Shown piece after piece: positions 9,426-18,370 of a stretch of DNA of 64,000 nt. A program made the translations under genes and the position numbers. A model generated the notes under the pieces. It searched no databases. It was not told the origin of the DNA and saw only the letters and a program-made list of their open reading frames with translations. Every line of letters begins with the position of its first letter. Position 1 is the stretch's first letter. The stretch is from a virus (lineage: Duplodnaviria; Caudoviricetes): positions 3,745 through 67,744 of IMG/VR virus record IMGVR_UViG_3300025961_000001, one strand, 5' to 3'.

Positions 9426-11570
9426 TTAGCCGACTTGCTGAGGAAACGGAGCCACGTTGTTTGGAACCTGTGGTTGTCCCTGCTGCGCCACTGCCATCAT
9501 TGCTTGTTGCTGAGCCTGCGTTTGAGCGGCTTGAGCTTGCTGCTGTTGGAGCGCTTCGATCGATTTCTCGTAAGTCGCAATAAACGACTTCTTTTGATTG
9601 ATCTGCTCGGTTGGGATCATCTTAAGAGCAACCGCAGACTGATAGTGCGCCGCGTAGTGCTTCAACATGGCCTGCGCTACGTTGACCTTGCCAGCCTTGA
9701 TGACCGCATCCATTGCCGAAGGATAGCCTTCCTGCGGAGGTGTAGTCATAGTCTCCATATGCACCCAGTGATTGTCTTTCGCGATAACTGGCAGGTTGAT
9801 TCCGCTACCGATCGTTGTCAGTTCCTCAAGCTGTGTGCGTTGAGCAAGTGTTTGATCCTGGGTATCACCATCTGGGACCACCAAGTAATCCACCAAACTT
9901 TGACCGCCAACCGCACTAGCCATAAGTTTTGCGGCATTGGTCTGCCTGAACAAGGGATTGTTGAGCGTACTCTGAGCAAACTGCGCTTTTTGCGCGGCCA
10001 TGGCGGGTGTAAAGTCTGTGACCGACTGAATAGCCGGTTGCTCCACTAAGAGATCCAACTCCTCTGGGGTTAGCGCAATCCCATCATCGTTTCCTTCCAA
10101 AAGCTTTTTACGAACTTCCTTCGCTACCTTGTCATTACTGCCCTTCATTGTCAGCCGTTTGGTCATAGGCTGAATCAGATACGCAAACTGTTGCATCCAC
10201 CCCTCTAAAACATCACGCTGAACCTCCTGCTCCTGGGCCATAGCCGCGTTAATCTGCGCGGCCTTAATGTCTGATGGCTGGCTTGGAATATCTGGCAAGT
10301 AGGATCCGATGATCTGCTGCATCCATTGCCGCATCTGTTGCTCAAGTGCAATGTATCCCTGGGGGTTCGGGGCAATTCCACCTACGTTATTGGCAAACTG
10401 AGCTTCGGAAACAATGATTGAGGTGTCGTTAACCGTCATTTCCACCTTAGAAGCGTCCTTTGCCTGAGGCACCTGGAGCTTCATTTTATTCGACATCCTT
10501 AGATTATCAATTGAATCGCAGCGTACTTTTTCCAACTGAACTGCCATATCGTAGAGAAGCTGGCCCGCGCCCCAAGATCCGTGGATAGTGCCATCGCCGT
10601 ACCCAAAAACCATCGGGATAACTACGTCATTCATTGAATCGTAGGCATCTAGCTTTTCGTACAAGAGCGCCCAGTATGTTTCTGGCGCATCCTTCCACAG
10701 AATGTAGTGGCTTACTTTGCCCGTCCCCTCCAAAACAAAGAGGTGCTGGGTTTTTATTACCTTGTAGCCTTTTTCGTAGGAGTAATCCCAGACCTGTTCG
10801 CGGATAAGCTCTTCGAACTTCCGCATGTTCTCCATCGTCCACGATTGACTTGGCGTAGTCGCTCGGTGAACCGCAGCTGCCACAGCCTCTTTGTCCCAGT
10901 CGTCTTTGTTTCCATCCCGAGCCAACTTTAAAAGTTCGTCTGGCTGATACTCCCAAAGAAGAGTAAACCGAGCCAAATTGTCATCCATGATCTCGGCCCC
11001 GCGAGGCACAAATCCCCTATCCATCCGGACCATATGCGGACGCCATTGATAGGGATCGGTGAAGCAGCCGAATGTAAACCCGTAGTCTACTACTTCACTA
11101 GACAATCCGCGAACAAAGGTCGGAAACTTCCTCCACGCCTTAATCGCTTTTGTGATTGTCTCTCTAAAGAACTGAGTCTTTTCTTGTCCGAGCGGCCATC
11201 CCGGCGGTAACTCTGCTGCTGTGAGCGTCGACGCGGTCAATATCGGCATATAAAGCCGGGGTGCCGCTCTTTTAAGTTCTGTGGCTAAAGCGCGGGTAGA
11301 TATGTTGGTCTTATATGCTTTGCCCTGATCTTTAAGGCTTGCTCGGGAATAAGGCGTATCTCCTTGCTTCTTGGCCGTGATCCGTGCCGCATTCTGAATT
11401 AGCTTCTTGGCGTCCGTAATATCCCGCTCCACCATCTGGATTGCCTGCGACACCGAGCTCACCACTCGGTTTGTCTGCTCTAAGTCGCTCTCGTTGACTT
11501 CGGGATCGTTCCCGAATTCGTCCAGAGAGCCTGATGTTTCCAAATCCGAATAGGGGAGCTTGTCTGCCAT
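9426..11570 (-). CDS. Portal protein
   Basis: 714 aa, podovirus-like size, helical, Gln-rich C-terminal tail, upstream of scaffold. Confidence 0.75.
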   Translation of the reverse strand: MADKLPYSDLETSGSLDEFGNDPEVNESDLEQTNRVVSSVSQAIQMVERDITDAKKLIQNAARITAKKQGDTPYSRASLKDQGKAYKTNISTRALATELKRAAPRLYMPILTASTLTAAELPPGWPLGQEKTQFFRETITKAIKAWRKFPTFVRGLSSEVVDYGFTFGCFTDPYQWRPHMVRMDRGFVPRGAEIMDDNLARFTLLWEYQPDELLKLARDGNKDDWDKEAVAAAVHRATTPSQSWTMENMRKFEELIREQVWDYSYEKGYKVIKTQHLFVLEGTGKVSHYILWKDAPETYWALLYEKLDAYDSMNDVVIPMVFGYGDGTIHGSWGAGQLLYDMAVQLEKVRCDSIDNLRMSNKMKLQVPQAKDASKVEMTVNDTSIIVSEAQFANNVGGIAPNPQGYIALEQQMRQWMQQIIGSYLPDIPSQPSDIKAAQINAAMAQEQEVQRDVLEGWMQQFAYLIQPMTKRLTMKGSNDKVAKEVRKKLLEGNDDGIALTPEELDLLVEQPAIQSVTDFTPAMAAQKAQFAQSTLNNPLFRQTNAAKLMASAVGGQSLVDYLVVPDGDTQDQTLAQRTQLEELTTIGSGINLPVIAKDNHWVHMETMTTPPQEGYPSAMDAVIKAGKVNVAQAMLKHYAAHYQSAVALKMIPTEQINQKKSFIATYEKSIEALQQQQAQAAQTQAQQQAMMAVAQQGQPQVPNNVAPFPQQVG

Positions 11571-11605
11571 TAACCTACAAATGATTTATTTGCTTGCCAG
11601 TCAAT

Positions 11606-12100
11606 TCAAAGATCCAATAGCCCAGAGGGAATCTCTTTGGTTTTGCTGCAAATCAAAGTGGGCGGCTCTTGGCGGCGCGTTACGTGAACCTTTAGCCCAA
11701 CAAGCAGGCCGCGCATCTCCTCTTCATTTTCACGATGAAAATCGTGGCACACAATGAAGTCTGCGTTATCCACAAATACCCTGAACGAGGCTGCTCTAGT
11801 CCAAAATTCTCTGGATTGATCTAAGAAAACCACAGACCATCTAGTGTTAGGATATGGGTCGGTCCTATCGGAAAGGCCGATCTCGTGATACATGGATTTC
11901 AGATTAATAAAACGATTCATCCAGTTCACGTCAGACTCTAAAGAAACCAGCGTACGTTTCTGGCTTACACACATTGCGTGTAGTAATGGCGTTGAAAAGT
12001 TGCCCATCCCGAGCTCGCAGACTGGGCCGTAGGTATTACTAACACACGTTACCAGTGCAGGTAAGTGACTAGACCACATTGCCTCTTCATCGGGATTCAT
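11606..12100 (-). CDS. Class I SAM-dependent methyltransferase-like protein
   Basis: VCELGMGNFST (motif I), LVSLESD, VVFLD, IVCHD. Confidence 0.65.
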   Translation of the reverse strand: MNPDEEAMWSSHLPALVTCVSNTYGPVCELGMGNFSTPLLHAMCVSQKRTLVSLESDVNWMNRFINLKSMYHEIGLSDRTDPYPNTRWSVVFLDQSREFWTRAASFRVFVDNADFIVCHDFHRENEEEMRGLLVGLKVHVTRRQEPPTLICSKTKEIPSGLLDL

Positions 12101-13475
12101 TGTATTTTGGATCAGGGGTTATGGATCTAAAACACGTTATAGACTTCTGAAAGTAAAGCCCGCATCTTCCGCGCCCCTCCGATCTACCCTTAGCCTGTAT
12201 GGCGTCAACGTATAACTTATCAGAATCCTGGTCCAGAGGATCTTGAGGACAGCCCGAAATTGGATCATCCGGTGGGGGATAGAAGAAGATCACGTCATCA
12301 GCATCTTGTTCTATATTCCCGCTTTCCCTAATGTCGGAGAGTCTTGGCTCACGCTTCTCTCGTTCTAGTTCGCGGCTAACTTGGGCCAGCAGGACGACTG
12401 GAATCTTCAGGTCCATCGCGAGGTCCTTAAATGCCATCGTCATTCTGCCTAACGCAATGTCGCGGTTTTCTCCCTTCCCTAGTTCTGGATCGTAACGCTG
12501 AAGATAATCGATAAGAACGGCCTTCAGCTTCTTTGTTTGGGCTAGTGCATTTGTTCGCGCTATGACGTGTGAGAGTGTTCTATCGCGATCAAAGACATGC
12601 AGCGTCTTAGACGCCTGGACTTCTCCAAGCGCCGATATGAACTGATCTTGCTGTCTAGCATCAAGCTGGTTCTTCCTGAACAGCCGCCAGGAAATGCCAG
12701 ATAAGGTCTGAGCGAACAGCGGAGGCAATTGGTCAACTGGCATCTCGCGAGAGAATAGCGCAATATCTCCGTACTTTTCGGCCCAACTCCATGCCGCTTG
12801 CCGCGCTGCGCTTGACTTTCCGATCCCTGGACGAGCAGCAAAGATGATAAGACTACCAGGCTTAGCCTCGCCAAAGCGCTCATTCCATTCTCGCCAAGGC
12901 CACTCCAGGCCAATGTCGGTCTCGATGGGCATCCTGTTCTTGATCCTAATCGCTTTGTCGATTGATTGTTTTGCAGCCTCCGGAAGTGTCTTAATCACCT
13001 GCGTTGAGTGCCTGATCGAAAGGATTCGATTCATCTCGGTTGTGAACTTTTCGACTTCCGCATTCTCCGAGTAAGCTAACTCTGCCACGTTCCTGCCAGA
13101 CTGGATCAACTCCCGCATCACATATGTCTCACGCACACGATCTATGTGATAGTCTAGTTCCATCGTTGTTGGAACCTTTCCGCTCACTTCCATAAGGTAG
13201 GCTATGGCTGTTTTCCCATCCACCTGGATCGCCTCAAGTCTCTGCGTCTTTCTCAGTTCCTCGATCATCACATCCAGTGTGAGTTCTCTCCCGTGCCTGT
13301 GAAGCCAAAGAAACGCCTGGTAGATTTGCCTGTTAGCTGGCTCGTAGAAGCATTCCGGCGAGATGTGACCCTCCATCGCCTTAGCTAGCGAGTGTACTCC
13401 ATCAATGAAAATGCTGCTCAATAAGCTAGACTCAGAGTCTTTTGAATGGGGCGGAATCCTCTCGGAAACTGGCAT
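12087..13475 (-). CDS. dnaB: Replicative DnaB-like helicase
   Basis: PPHS N-terminus, Walker A ARPGIGKS, FSREM, IDYLQ, LAQVSR, PRLSDIRESGNIEQDAD; start moved to 13475. Confidence 0.93.
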   Translation of the reverse strand: MPVSERIPPHSKDSESSLLSSIFIDGVHSLAKAMEGHISPECFYEPANRQIYQAFLWLHRHGRELTLDVMIEELRKTQRLEAIQVDGKTAIAYLMEVSGKVPTTMELDYHIDRVRETYVMRELIQSGRNVAELAYSENAEVEKFTTEMNRILSIRHSTQVIKTLPEAAKQSIDKAIRIKNRMPIETDIGLEWPWREWNERFGEAKPGSLIIFAARPGIGKSSAARQAAWSWAEKYGDIALFSREMPVDQLPPLFAQTLSGISWRLFRKNQLDARQQDQFISALGEVQASKTLHVFDRDRTLSHVIARTNALAQTKKLKAVLIDYLQRYDPELGKGENRDIALGRMTMAFKDLAMDLKIPVVLLAQVSRELEREKREPRLSDIRESGNIEQDADDVIFFYPPPDDPISGCPQDPLDQDSDKLYVDAIQAKGRSEGRGRCGLYFQKSITCFRSITPDPKYNESR

Positions 13476-13611
13476 ATTGTTTGTTACCATAATCCCTGCT
13501 AAAATTTGTCTATCGACCGAAGATGCTTGGCGACTAAGAAATCTCTTAGCGTTTCGGTCAATCATAAAAAATAAGAGTTGCAAGCGGTAGAAAATTAATT
13601 TGACTTTTAAC

Positions 13612-13863
13612 ATGCAAGCGCCACTCACCGTTTTTGATCGCATCCAAGCCCGATTGGAAAAATCGGAAGGTGAAGGTACTACCGTGGTTAAGTTCATTCT
13701 TGGTAAATCTGAGATTGACTGCCTTAAGGAATGGTGCCGTGCGGACGAGATAGAGGTTTTGGATGAAGCTAGCGGAGCATTCACGTTTCGCGGCATCAGC
13801 ATTGAGCCAGTTAACTTCTACTCTTACTTCGCTTACGAGCTGCTCGAACTTGCTCTGGTGTAA
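13612..13863 (+). CDS. Hypothetical protein
   Basis: ORF divergent from dnaB. Confidence 0.6.
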   Translation: MQAPLTVFDRIQARLEKSEGEGTTVVKFILGKSEIDCLKEWCRADEIEVLDEASGAFTFRGISIEPVNFYSYFAYELLELALV

Positions 13864-14063
13864 TGCTGGATCGGTTCGGTGCGTTTCTTTACCAATTCGA
13901 CTTGGCTTGGTATCGGCGCACGATAATTCGTCTGTTCAAACGCAGATCAGACTCACTTTCCATATTGACTCAGGAAAAACCTAAGTCCATAGTGCCTATC
14001 AGCACACAGGAAACTGAAGGCGTAAAAAGTGCTAAGACTCCGAAGCCGGAGCGCTCAGATTAG
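13863..14063 (+). CDS. Hypothetical protein (uncertain; overlaps capsid promoter)
   Basis: TAATG coupling to upstream ORF. Confidence 0.35.
   Translation: MLDRFGAFLYQFDLAWYRRTIIRLFKRRSDSLSILTQEKPKSIVPISTQETEGVKSAKTPKPERSD
13965..13993 (+). promoter_or_regulatory. Putative major capsid promoter
   Basis: TTGACT-17-CATAGT, about 210 nt upstream of capsid ATG. Confidence 0.55.
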
Positions 14064-14206
14064 AATCGCCGACTAGTAGGAGACAGAGGCGTAGACATAC
14101 GCTGCTTACCGCCGCGAGCAGCAAGAGACGATGCGAGAATCGAGCTTTCTCGGTGCGCTGTCTTGTGTCGCCTTTACAAATCTATGTCGCCCCGAGAATC
14201 CCTAAA

Positions 14207-15439
14207 ATGGCTTCTTATTCCGCGTGCGCACTCACGCCCTCCGATTATGGTCAGCTCATTGCCGACCAGAATCCAGTAATCACTCTCTCGGTCATTCAGC
14301 ACTTGGCAATCAATTCGCCTTGGGCTAACTTCCTCGATGCAGGCACGGTTGAGGCTAACGTAGGTGAGAACATCGTCTCCCTCGCATCGGCCCGTACAGC
14401 TATCGGCCAATCTCAAGTTCAGCCTGTTTTCGGCGACTTGTCCCAAGCTTGCGGTACTCTCGGAAACGTGGCACAATGGGGCCAGTTCGAGTACACCACG
14501 AAGCTTCAAGTACTTCGCGGCACGTCACAACCAATTTGCGTAAACGCCACACGCTTCTCCGTAAAAAACTCGCTCGTCCAAGCAATCGAGTGGATGAAGC
14601 GAACAATCACGGACGTTTACAACGCAGACGTACGCTACAACCTTTTGTCGATGTCGGGCACAAAAGCCGTACTCCGCGCAACCGACACCCAAGTCTCCCA
14701 AGCTATCACTGGTGGTGAATGGCAAGTTTCCGTCCCATTCCGTGGCGGAGTACCAACAGCCCAGCTCACCTTCGCTTGGCTCAAAGCTCTTTCGGACTAC
14801 GCCCGCTACAACTATCAGCCAATGATGTTTGGCCAGGGTGCGGACGAATATGCGCTCTTCATCGGCTCTCCCGAGATCACCGATGTTATGCGAAACGAAG
14901 CAGGTGTTAACAACGTCCTATCGGTCACCACGGCTGGTTCTTTCAAGGACGGCAAAGACTCTCTCTGGAAGTACGCTTGGATCGATGTCAACTTTCGCGG
15001 CATCAAGCTGGCCATCGACCCGAAGCCCCTCCGCTTCGACACCGTTGGTGTTAACGGCTTCCCGATCTTCATCGAGCCATACACCAAGTCCACTTCGGAC
15101 TTTGGCTTCTACAACGCCAATAACTCTGCCTACCTCGGCGCACAATACGAAGTCGGCTTCTTGGTCTACAAGTCAGCCTTCCGCCGCCTCGTTCCAGCCA
15201 AGTACACAGGTGAGGGTGAAGCCAAATGGGCAACCCAAATGTTCGGTGGCGAGCTTAATTGGCGCAACGTCATTGACAACGCTTGTAACCCCTTCGGCGA
15301 TTTTGGTAATTTCATCTACCAAATTGCTCGTGCCTATCAGGCGCAAATGCCACACGTCGTTATCCCAATTTTGTATAAACGATGCAGCGGCGGCCTAGGT
15401 CTCGCCACGTGTGTCGGTGTCACTGATCTAAGCGGGTAG
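14207..15439 (+). CDS. Major capsid protein
   Basis: 410 aa, strongly biased codons (TTC/AAC/TAC/GAC), own promoter and terminator, heads the structural module. Confidence 0.75.
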   Translation: MASYSACALTPSDYGQLIADQNPVITLSVIQHLAINSPWANFLDAGTVEANVGENIVSLASARTAIGQSQVQPVFGDLSQACGTLGNVAQWGQFEYTTKLQVLRGTSQPICVNATRFSVKNSLVQAIEWMKRTITDVYNADVRYNLLSMSGTKAVLRATDTQVSQAITGGEWQVSVPFRGGVPTAQLTFAWLKALSDYARYNYQPMMFGQGADEYALFIGSPEITDVMRNEAGVNNVLSVTTAGSFKDGKDSLWKYAWIDVNFRGIKLAIDPKPLRFDTVGVNGFPIFIEPYTKSTSDFGFYNANNSAYLGAQYEVGFLVYKSAFRRLVPAKYTGEGEAKWATQMFGGELNWRNVIDNACNPFGDFGNFIYQIARAYQAQMPHVVIPILYKRCSGGLGLATCVGVTDLSG

Positions 15440-15950
15440 AGTTAACTGTTCTGTTGTTTCTCATGAATCTCCCGGTTTCAGGGCTTATCCTGGCCGGGGG
15501 ATTTTTTTGACTTAGGGTTTCCTCCAATGTCCAGCCTTCTTTGAGCCTCCTGGATATTCCTGATCTATCTATTCCTAGTTCTTTAGCCCAGTCCACAAAG
15601 CACATTGTCTTTCCGTCAGAAGGTCGAGTAAGGAGTTTGTTTGATCGCTTGTTCCTGGATTGGTCTTTCATTGTTCTCCACTCGCAGTTTTTTTTAGAAT
15701 AACCTAGAGAATTGTCCACACGCTCAAGTGTGTGGTCTAATGGCATATCGCCCATATCATGAAAGAATGCCATGAACCCGATTTTTGGATTACGCCAATC
15801 GGCACATACGCATATCCCTCGGGCTCCATAATATTTATAGAGCGGGCTGTTCTCGTTATGACATCTCTGAAGCATGGCATGGTAGGCGCGATAGACCCTA
15901 GACCTAGACATTCCATGTGTGGTCAAACTATCCGATGTAAACCTAGGCAT
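15420..15950 (-). CDS. HNH-type homing endonuclease-like protein
   Basis: HG.S..R.Y..Y.AM.QRC, YGARGI.VC..W, F..DMG, TLERVDNSLGYSKKNCEW, C-terminal HTH. Confidence 0.88.
   Translation of the reverse strand: MPRFTSDSLTTHGMSRSRVYRAYHAMLQRCHNENSPLYKYYGARGICVCADWRNPKIGFMAFFHDMGDMPLDHTLERVDNSLGYSKKNCEWRTMKDQSRNKRSNKLLTRPSDGKTMCFVDWAKELGIDRSGISRRLKEGWTLEETLSQKNPPARISPETGRFMRNNRTVNSTRLDQ
15466..15508 (+). terminator. Rho-independent terminator after capsid gene
   Basis: aatctcccggtttcaggg-ctta-tcctggccgggggatt followed by T-run. Confidence 0.75.
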
Positions 15951-16085
15951 GGTGATTACTCTCTGTCATCCTCTCCGAACGTTAAGTGCTCAGAAACCGG
16001 GGAGAGTCACCGGCTTTTCGGAAGCGATCCTATCCGAGCATCGAAAAGCGTTGAACACCGATCGTAATTCATCAATCTAAATTCA

Positions 16086-16265
16086 ATGCCAACGCCCTTA
16101 ACATCCGATCAAAACGATACTTTCCAAGTTTCGATTTATAAGATGGCGTATAACTTTTGGGTTCTTGCTGTGGCTGCTGGCTATTCAGGATCAGCACCAG
16201 ATCCTAAAGCATCGTATTCAGAATTACTCCAATTAACAGTTGATTATACCGCGCTACTCTCATGA
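16086..16265 (+). CDS. Small structural-module protein (59 aa, not in ORF track)
   Basis: MPTPLTSDQNDTFQVSIYKMAYN...; ATGA-coupled to 16262. Confidence 0.6.
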   Translation: MPTPLTSDQNDTFQVSIYKMAYNFWVLAVAAGYSGSAPDPKASYSELLQLTVDYTALLS

Positions 16266-18370
16266 GTCAAACATCGTCATCAAATGATACGCCAGCGATT
16301 TCGCTACGAAAGATAGTCGATAACACTTCAACTGGGGGAGGAGGCGGAGGTGGAGGAGGGAACGGCGTCTGGGGCCAAATCACAGGAACGTTGGCCAATC
16401 AGACGGATCTCCAGAACGCCTTGAACGCCAAGGCGAATGTCGGAAGTTTGGGCATGTTCGGTACGCTTTCGACAGTTAATTCGGAGATGGCAACTCCGTT
16501 TGTTCAACATCCGTGTCCAGCCGTAGGAACTAGTGTAACTCTTGCTACATTTACTGGCGCTGGGATAGTTGACATGATATGGATTACGCTAGGCACAAAT
16601 AGCGATGGTACGCTTATGTGGGATGGAAGACTTCAAGTATTCACGGATGGGGCCGCACTGCCCGATATAGATACCGATCTGGGCACACTATTTTTAACGG
16701 CCCTGGATGGTCATTTGGGATCAGCTAGGTGTGCCGCAACTCAGCACATTTCCTATGGAACCATGGGAGGCTCTGGAACAGGTATGAGTGGCGGGCTTAA
16801 ATTTCCTATTCCATATAGCAATGGCATTGTCATAAAGCTTCTGGCTCCTACCGGGAGTACGAGCCACCCAGATTCAGACTATACCCTATTCACTCAGATT
16901 TCAAACAAACCTGGGGTAGTTAGCGGATATCGCCTCAGATCAAATGCAGTCTCCTGGATCAATAGAAAGACATACACGAAAGACGATATAATCACATTTT
17001 TTAATCTAACCAATGCAGCCGGATGGTTGGTGTGGCAAAGCGTTGCGGTGCTCGGGCTAGCCGGTAGCGGAAATACGTACGATTATCTGGAACGAATTTG
17101 GTTTTGGGGAATAGACGGAGAATCAACAACTCCAGATGGCAATGGAGTCGTTACAACTAAATTTTCTTCGTCGGGCGGCGAGGACCTTTTTCTTTACGGT
17201 TGGTACTTCGCTAACGCCCAGGGTGTATATGGAACACCGTGGACGCTCTGCACGGCAACCAACAATGCCAATAAGACCACGGTAGCGGGATTCGATTTTT
17301 GGGCATCTTGCGGAGGACTCAAGTTTAGTTCTGCACTTAAGCCTGGATGGTCCCTTAAGCCATCGGCTGTTATAAACAATGGCCACGAAATGAGTTGGTG
17401 TTTCTTGTACTATATCGACACTTCTGTACCGTTTGCTCCGAGCGCCCCAGCCCTATCAGCCACTCCTGGAAATGGGCAGGTTACTCTATTAATTACTCCA
17501 CCTGTTTCCTATGGATCTCAAAAGATAACGAGCTATTCAGGCACCTATTCTCCCGGTGGCGGCACTTTCACCCCATCAGTAGGGGACACTTCAATCGTAA
17601 TCAGCGGTCTTACTAATGGAGTGGCATATACGTTTTCATTGACGGCTACTAATGCAATAGGCACTAGCTCTCCTGGAACCGTCGTTTCGACCCCGGTAAC
17701 AATCGCATTTCCAACTATAACTACCGGAACACTCATCGCCCGCTACGTCGCCAATGATATTACAGGAATTGCGGAAGGCGATCCGGTACCCTTGTGGTCG
17801 CCAAGTGCCGGAACAAGCGCCATTACTTTGGGAGAAACATTCTCAGGTAGTGGACCAAATTTTATAAGCAATGGAATAAACGGTCAAGCGATTGTGCGCT
17901 TCAATTCTAGCACCTTTAGGAGACTTGCGGCGAGTGCGAGTTTCAATCTTGCCGCTCCTGTAGTTGAGATTTTCGTTTTCAAACCGTCACAGGTTTCATC
18001 AAGTAATCAAATTTTCGATACGAATCCAGGGGGAGCCCACGGACGTTCGGCTGGCGGTATCAATGGTTCTGGCCAGTGGAACACGTATGCGGGTGGTGCT
18101 GATGCGGTATCGGCTGTTACTCCGACAATCGCTCCTCACGTTGTGGTAATGTGCCAAAACGGAGCTAACTGCTATCTGTCGATTGATGGAGTAAAAAGCA
18201 GTTTGCAAAATAGCGGAAGCGGGGGCTTTGACCTGCCTCAGGTAGGGTCTACCGCTGCACTCGATGGAGACATTGCTGAATTCATTGTAATTTCTGGCAA
18301 TATTTCAGATTCAGATCGCCGTTTAATCGAAGCTTACGAAAGTACCGTCTACAACATACCAGTAACGTAA
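16262..18370 (+). CDS. Fibre/spike protein with DUF2961 (GH172)-like, FN3 and LamG-like domains
   Basis: WGQITGTLANQTDLQNAL fibre motif; GAGIVDMIWIT, FPIPYS, IDGE, GGEDLF..WYF; FN3 GLTNGVAYTFSLTATNAIG; GDIAEFIV. Confidence 0.7.
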   Translation: MSQTSSSNDTPAISLRKIVDNTSTGGGGGGGGGNGVWGQITGTLANQTDLQNALNAKANVGSLGMFGTLSTVNSEMATPFVQHPCPAVGTSVTLATFTGAGIVDMIWITLGTNSDGTLMWDGRLQVFTDGAALPDIDTDLGTLFLTALDGHLGSARCAATQHISYGTMGGSGTGMSGGLKFPIPYSNGIVIKLLAPTGSTSHPDSDYTLFTQISNKPGVVSGYRLRSNAVSWINRKTYTKDDIITFFNLTNAAGWLVWQSVAVLGLAGSGNTYDYLERIWFWGIDGESTTPDGNGVVTTKFSSSGGEDLFLYGWYFANAQGVYGTPWTLCTATNNANKTTVAGFDFWASCGGLKFSSALKPGWSLKPSAVINNGHEMSWCFLYYIDTSVPFAPSAPALSATPGNGQVTLLITPPVSYGSQKITSYSGTYSPGGGTFTPSVGDTSIVISGLTNGVAYTFSLTATNAIGTSSPGTVVSTPVTIAFPTITTGTLIARYVANDITGIAEGDPVPLWSPSAGTSAITLGETFSGSGPNFISNGINGQAIVRFNSSTFRRLAASASFNLAAPVVEIFVFKPSQVSSSNQIFDTNPGGAHGRSAGGINGSGQWNTYAGGADAVSAVTPTIAPHVVVMCQNGANCYLSIDGVKSSLQNSGSGGFDLPQVGSTAALDGDIAEFIVISGNISDSDRRLIEAYESTVYNIPVT

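Noticed and set aside
13476-13802. 109-aa N-terminal extension of DnaB in the ORF track
   Set aside because: Overlaps a divergent gene and AT-rich promoter region; DnaB similarity starts at MPVSERIPPHS
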